The position numbers and the translations under genes were made by a program. Of a stretch of 32,885 nt of DNA, positions 31,659 through 32,885 are shown piece after piece. Below the pieces are notes generated by a model. The model did no database searches, had not been told where the DNA came from, and saw only the letters and a list, made by a program, of their open reading frames with translations. Position 1 is the first letter of the stretch. Each line of letters opens with the position of its first letter. The DNA is taken from positions 14,587,109 through 14,619,993 of the forward strand of contig NC_068994.1 of the NCBI RefSeq assembly GCF_001194135.2. Reading direction: 5' to 3'. This DNA comes from Octopus bimaculoides. Lineage: Eukaryota.

Positions 31659-32286
31659 TGGCAGACTTAATCTATCACCTTCTTTAATACAAGCACATAG
31701 TCCAGTCCACTTTGGTGGAAACATTCAGATAAGGTCTACAGTTTGAAGATATCAAGAGCTTCCCCACTTTCACCTACCAGTCTTAAAAGCCCTGCTGCTT
31801 TTCCTCCTTTTGAGAAAGATATAATGAAAAATGTGAATAACTTTTTATGAAAGGACAAAAAAATATCAAAATATTTTGGTTGACCCTTGCAGACCAATTA
31901 TCGAAAATTTTAAAGCTGGGGAAGATGTGATTTGAGAGAGGTTTGGTCATTATTTCTAGCAGGTTTAGAAGTTGCATGGATCAAGCATGAACAACCTTTT
32001 TTGAGAAGCAGGTCACATGAGACATAGCTCATTCATTATCAGGCAAGTAGTGCCACTGGAAAAAAAAAAATTCAAGCTAATTTTTTGTTAGGCATGCCAT
32101 TCAGCAAGTCACTTGGGCTGCAGTTTGTTCATGACTGGCATAAATGTTCCTACACTAAATATCTGTATTAGACAGTAAATAGAGCTAAGCCAAATATTAT
32201 TAGTATTTTTCCTAATGTTTCAACAAAAATTTAGTATATTTCAGAGATGGACTATATAGCTGTTGTAATTTGGTTATCTATAGTCC

Positions 32287-32322
32287 GATGATATTTCGGA
32301 ATTACAATTCCTTCTTCAGATC
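32287..32322 (-). ncRNA. Candidate minimal hammerhead ribozyme motif (mirror copy)
   Basis: Exact reverse complement of 32345-32380. Confidence 0.6.
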
Positions 32323-32344
32323 TTCTTGAGACTCCAGCTAAGAA

Positions 32345-32380
32345 GATCTGAAGAAGGAATTGTAATTCCGAAATATCATC
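32345..32380 (+). ncRNA. Candidate minimal hammerhead ribozyme motif
   Basis: GAT|CTGAAGA|A|GGAAT-TGTA-ATTCC|GAAA|TAT C|ATC: canonical CUGANGA and GAAA core, extra A, 5-bp stem II, palindromic ATAT stem III, AUC site and 3-bp stem I. Confidence 0.6.
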
Positions 32381-32885
32381 GGACTATAGATAACTAAATT
32401 ACAACAGGTGTATAGTCCATTTCTTGTTCTATAGTGCATTGTTGTACCATTCTAAACTTTTATTCTTTACAAACAATACACAATGCTTCAAGCGAACTAC
32501 AATACTCTCCTATATTTCAGAGTTATTACTGGGCAAATTTTTCTTTTTTTTATGTGACAAAATACCAAAAATGATTTTTAAATATCTTATGTATATCATT
32601 TAGAAAGCAGGGTTAAGTATTATACCCAGAGGGCACAATACAGAACATCTGCAGTGGGATGCAAACCAATAAAATAAACCATGTAAATACAGACATTTGA
32701 TGATAAAAGAATTCCTAAAAAAAAAAAAAAACTAATAAGACAGGCACAGGTTCTAAAATGGGGGCTGGTATATAGTTGATTAGATCAATATCAGCGTAAC
32801 GGTTGAGAGGAATACCATGAGACATTTGTTCCAATACTAACGATGTTATTACTAGAATAAAAGTGAACAAATATTATCTATATGA

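Larger units (their letters stand above)
32247..32510. mobile_element. Fold-back retroposon-like element (probable Penelope-like derivative)
   Basis: 85-bp inverted arms at 32243-32327 and 32340-32424 (4 mismatches) around a 12-nt loop, an ~86-bp unpaired right extension, and a 12-bp direct repeat TATATTTCAGAG at 32235-46 and 32511-22. Confidence 0.78.

Overview
This is AT-rich eukaryotic genomic DNA with six assembly gaps. The SINE families look like those of Octopus (coleoid cephalopod); this is from recognition, not a database search. The only host gene I can support is dynactin subunit 1 (p150Glued, DCTN1) on the minus strand. Eight coding exons have canonical GT-AG boundaries and consistent phases: 21614-21725, 19823-20055, 18835-19032, 17415-17486, 15440-15547, 14801-14897, 13371-13530 and 92-196. 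They encode the post-CAP-Gly basic/Ser-rich linker and coiled coil CC1. One conserved ~80-nt exon is missing and probably lies in the gap at 13798-14438. The CAP-Gly exon and the C-terminal part of the gene are not seen in the window. The rest is intron filled with tRNA-derived SINEs, TTAA-flanked piggyBac-type MITEs, hAT and Tc1/mariner MITEs, an RTE LINE fragment and microsatellites. The most notable signal is two sequence-unrelated fold-back elements (24425-24746 and 32247-32510) with the same design. Each has 12-bp target-site duplications, one long and one short inverted arm, and a minimal hammerhead-ribozyme motif at the hairpin centre. This fits non-autonomous Penelope-like, ribozyme-bearing retroposons. 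Other oddities are a 36-bp hAT element with a perfect 8-bp TSD, a 5'-inverted RTE insertion, and a LINE-templated patch inside the neighbouring SINE. No ribozyme activity, expression or database match has been tested.
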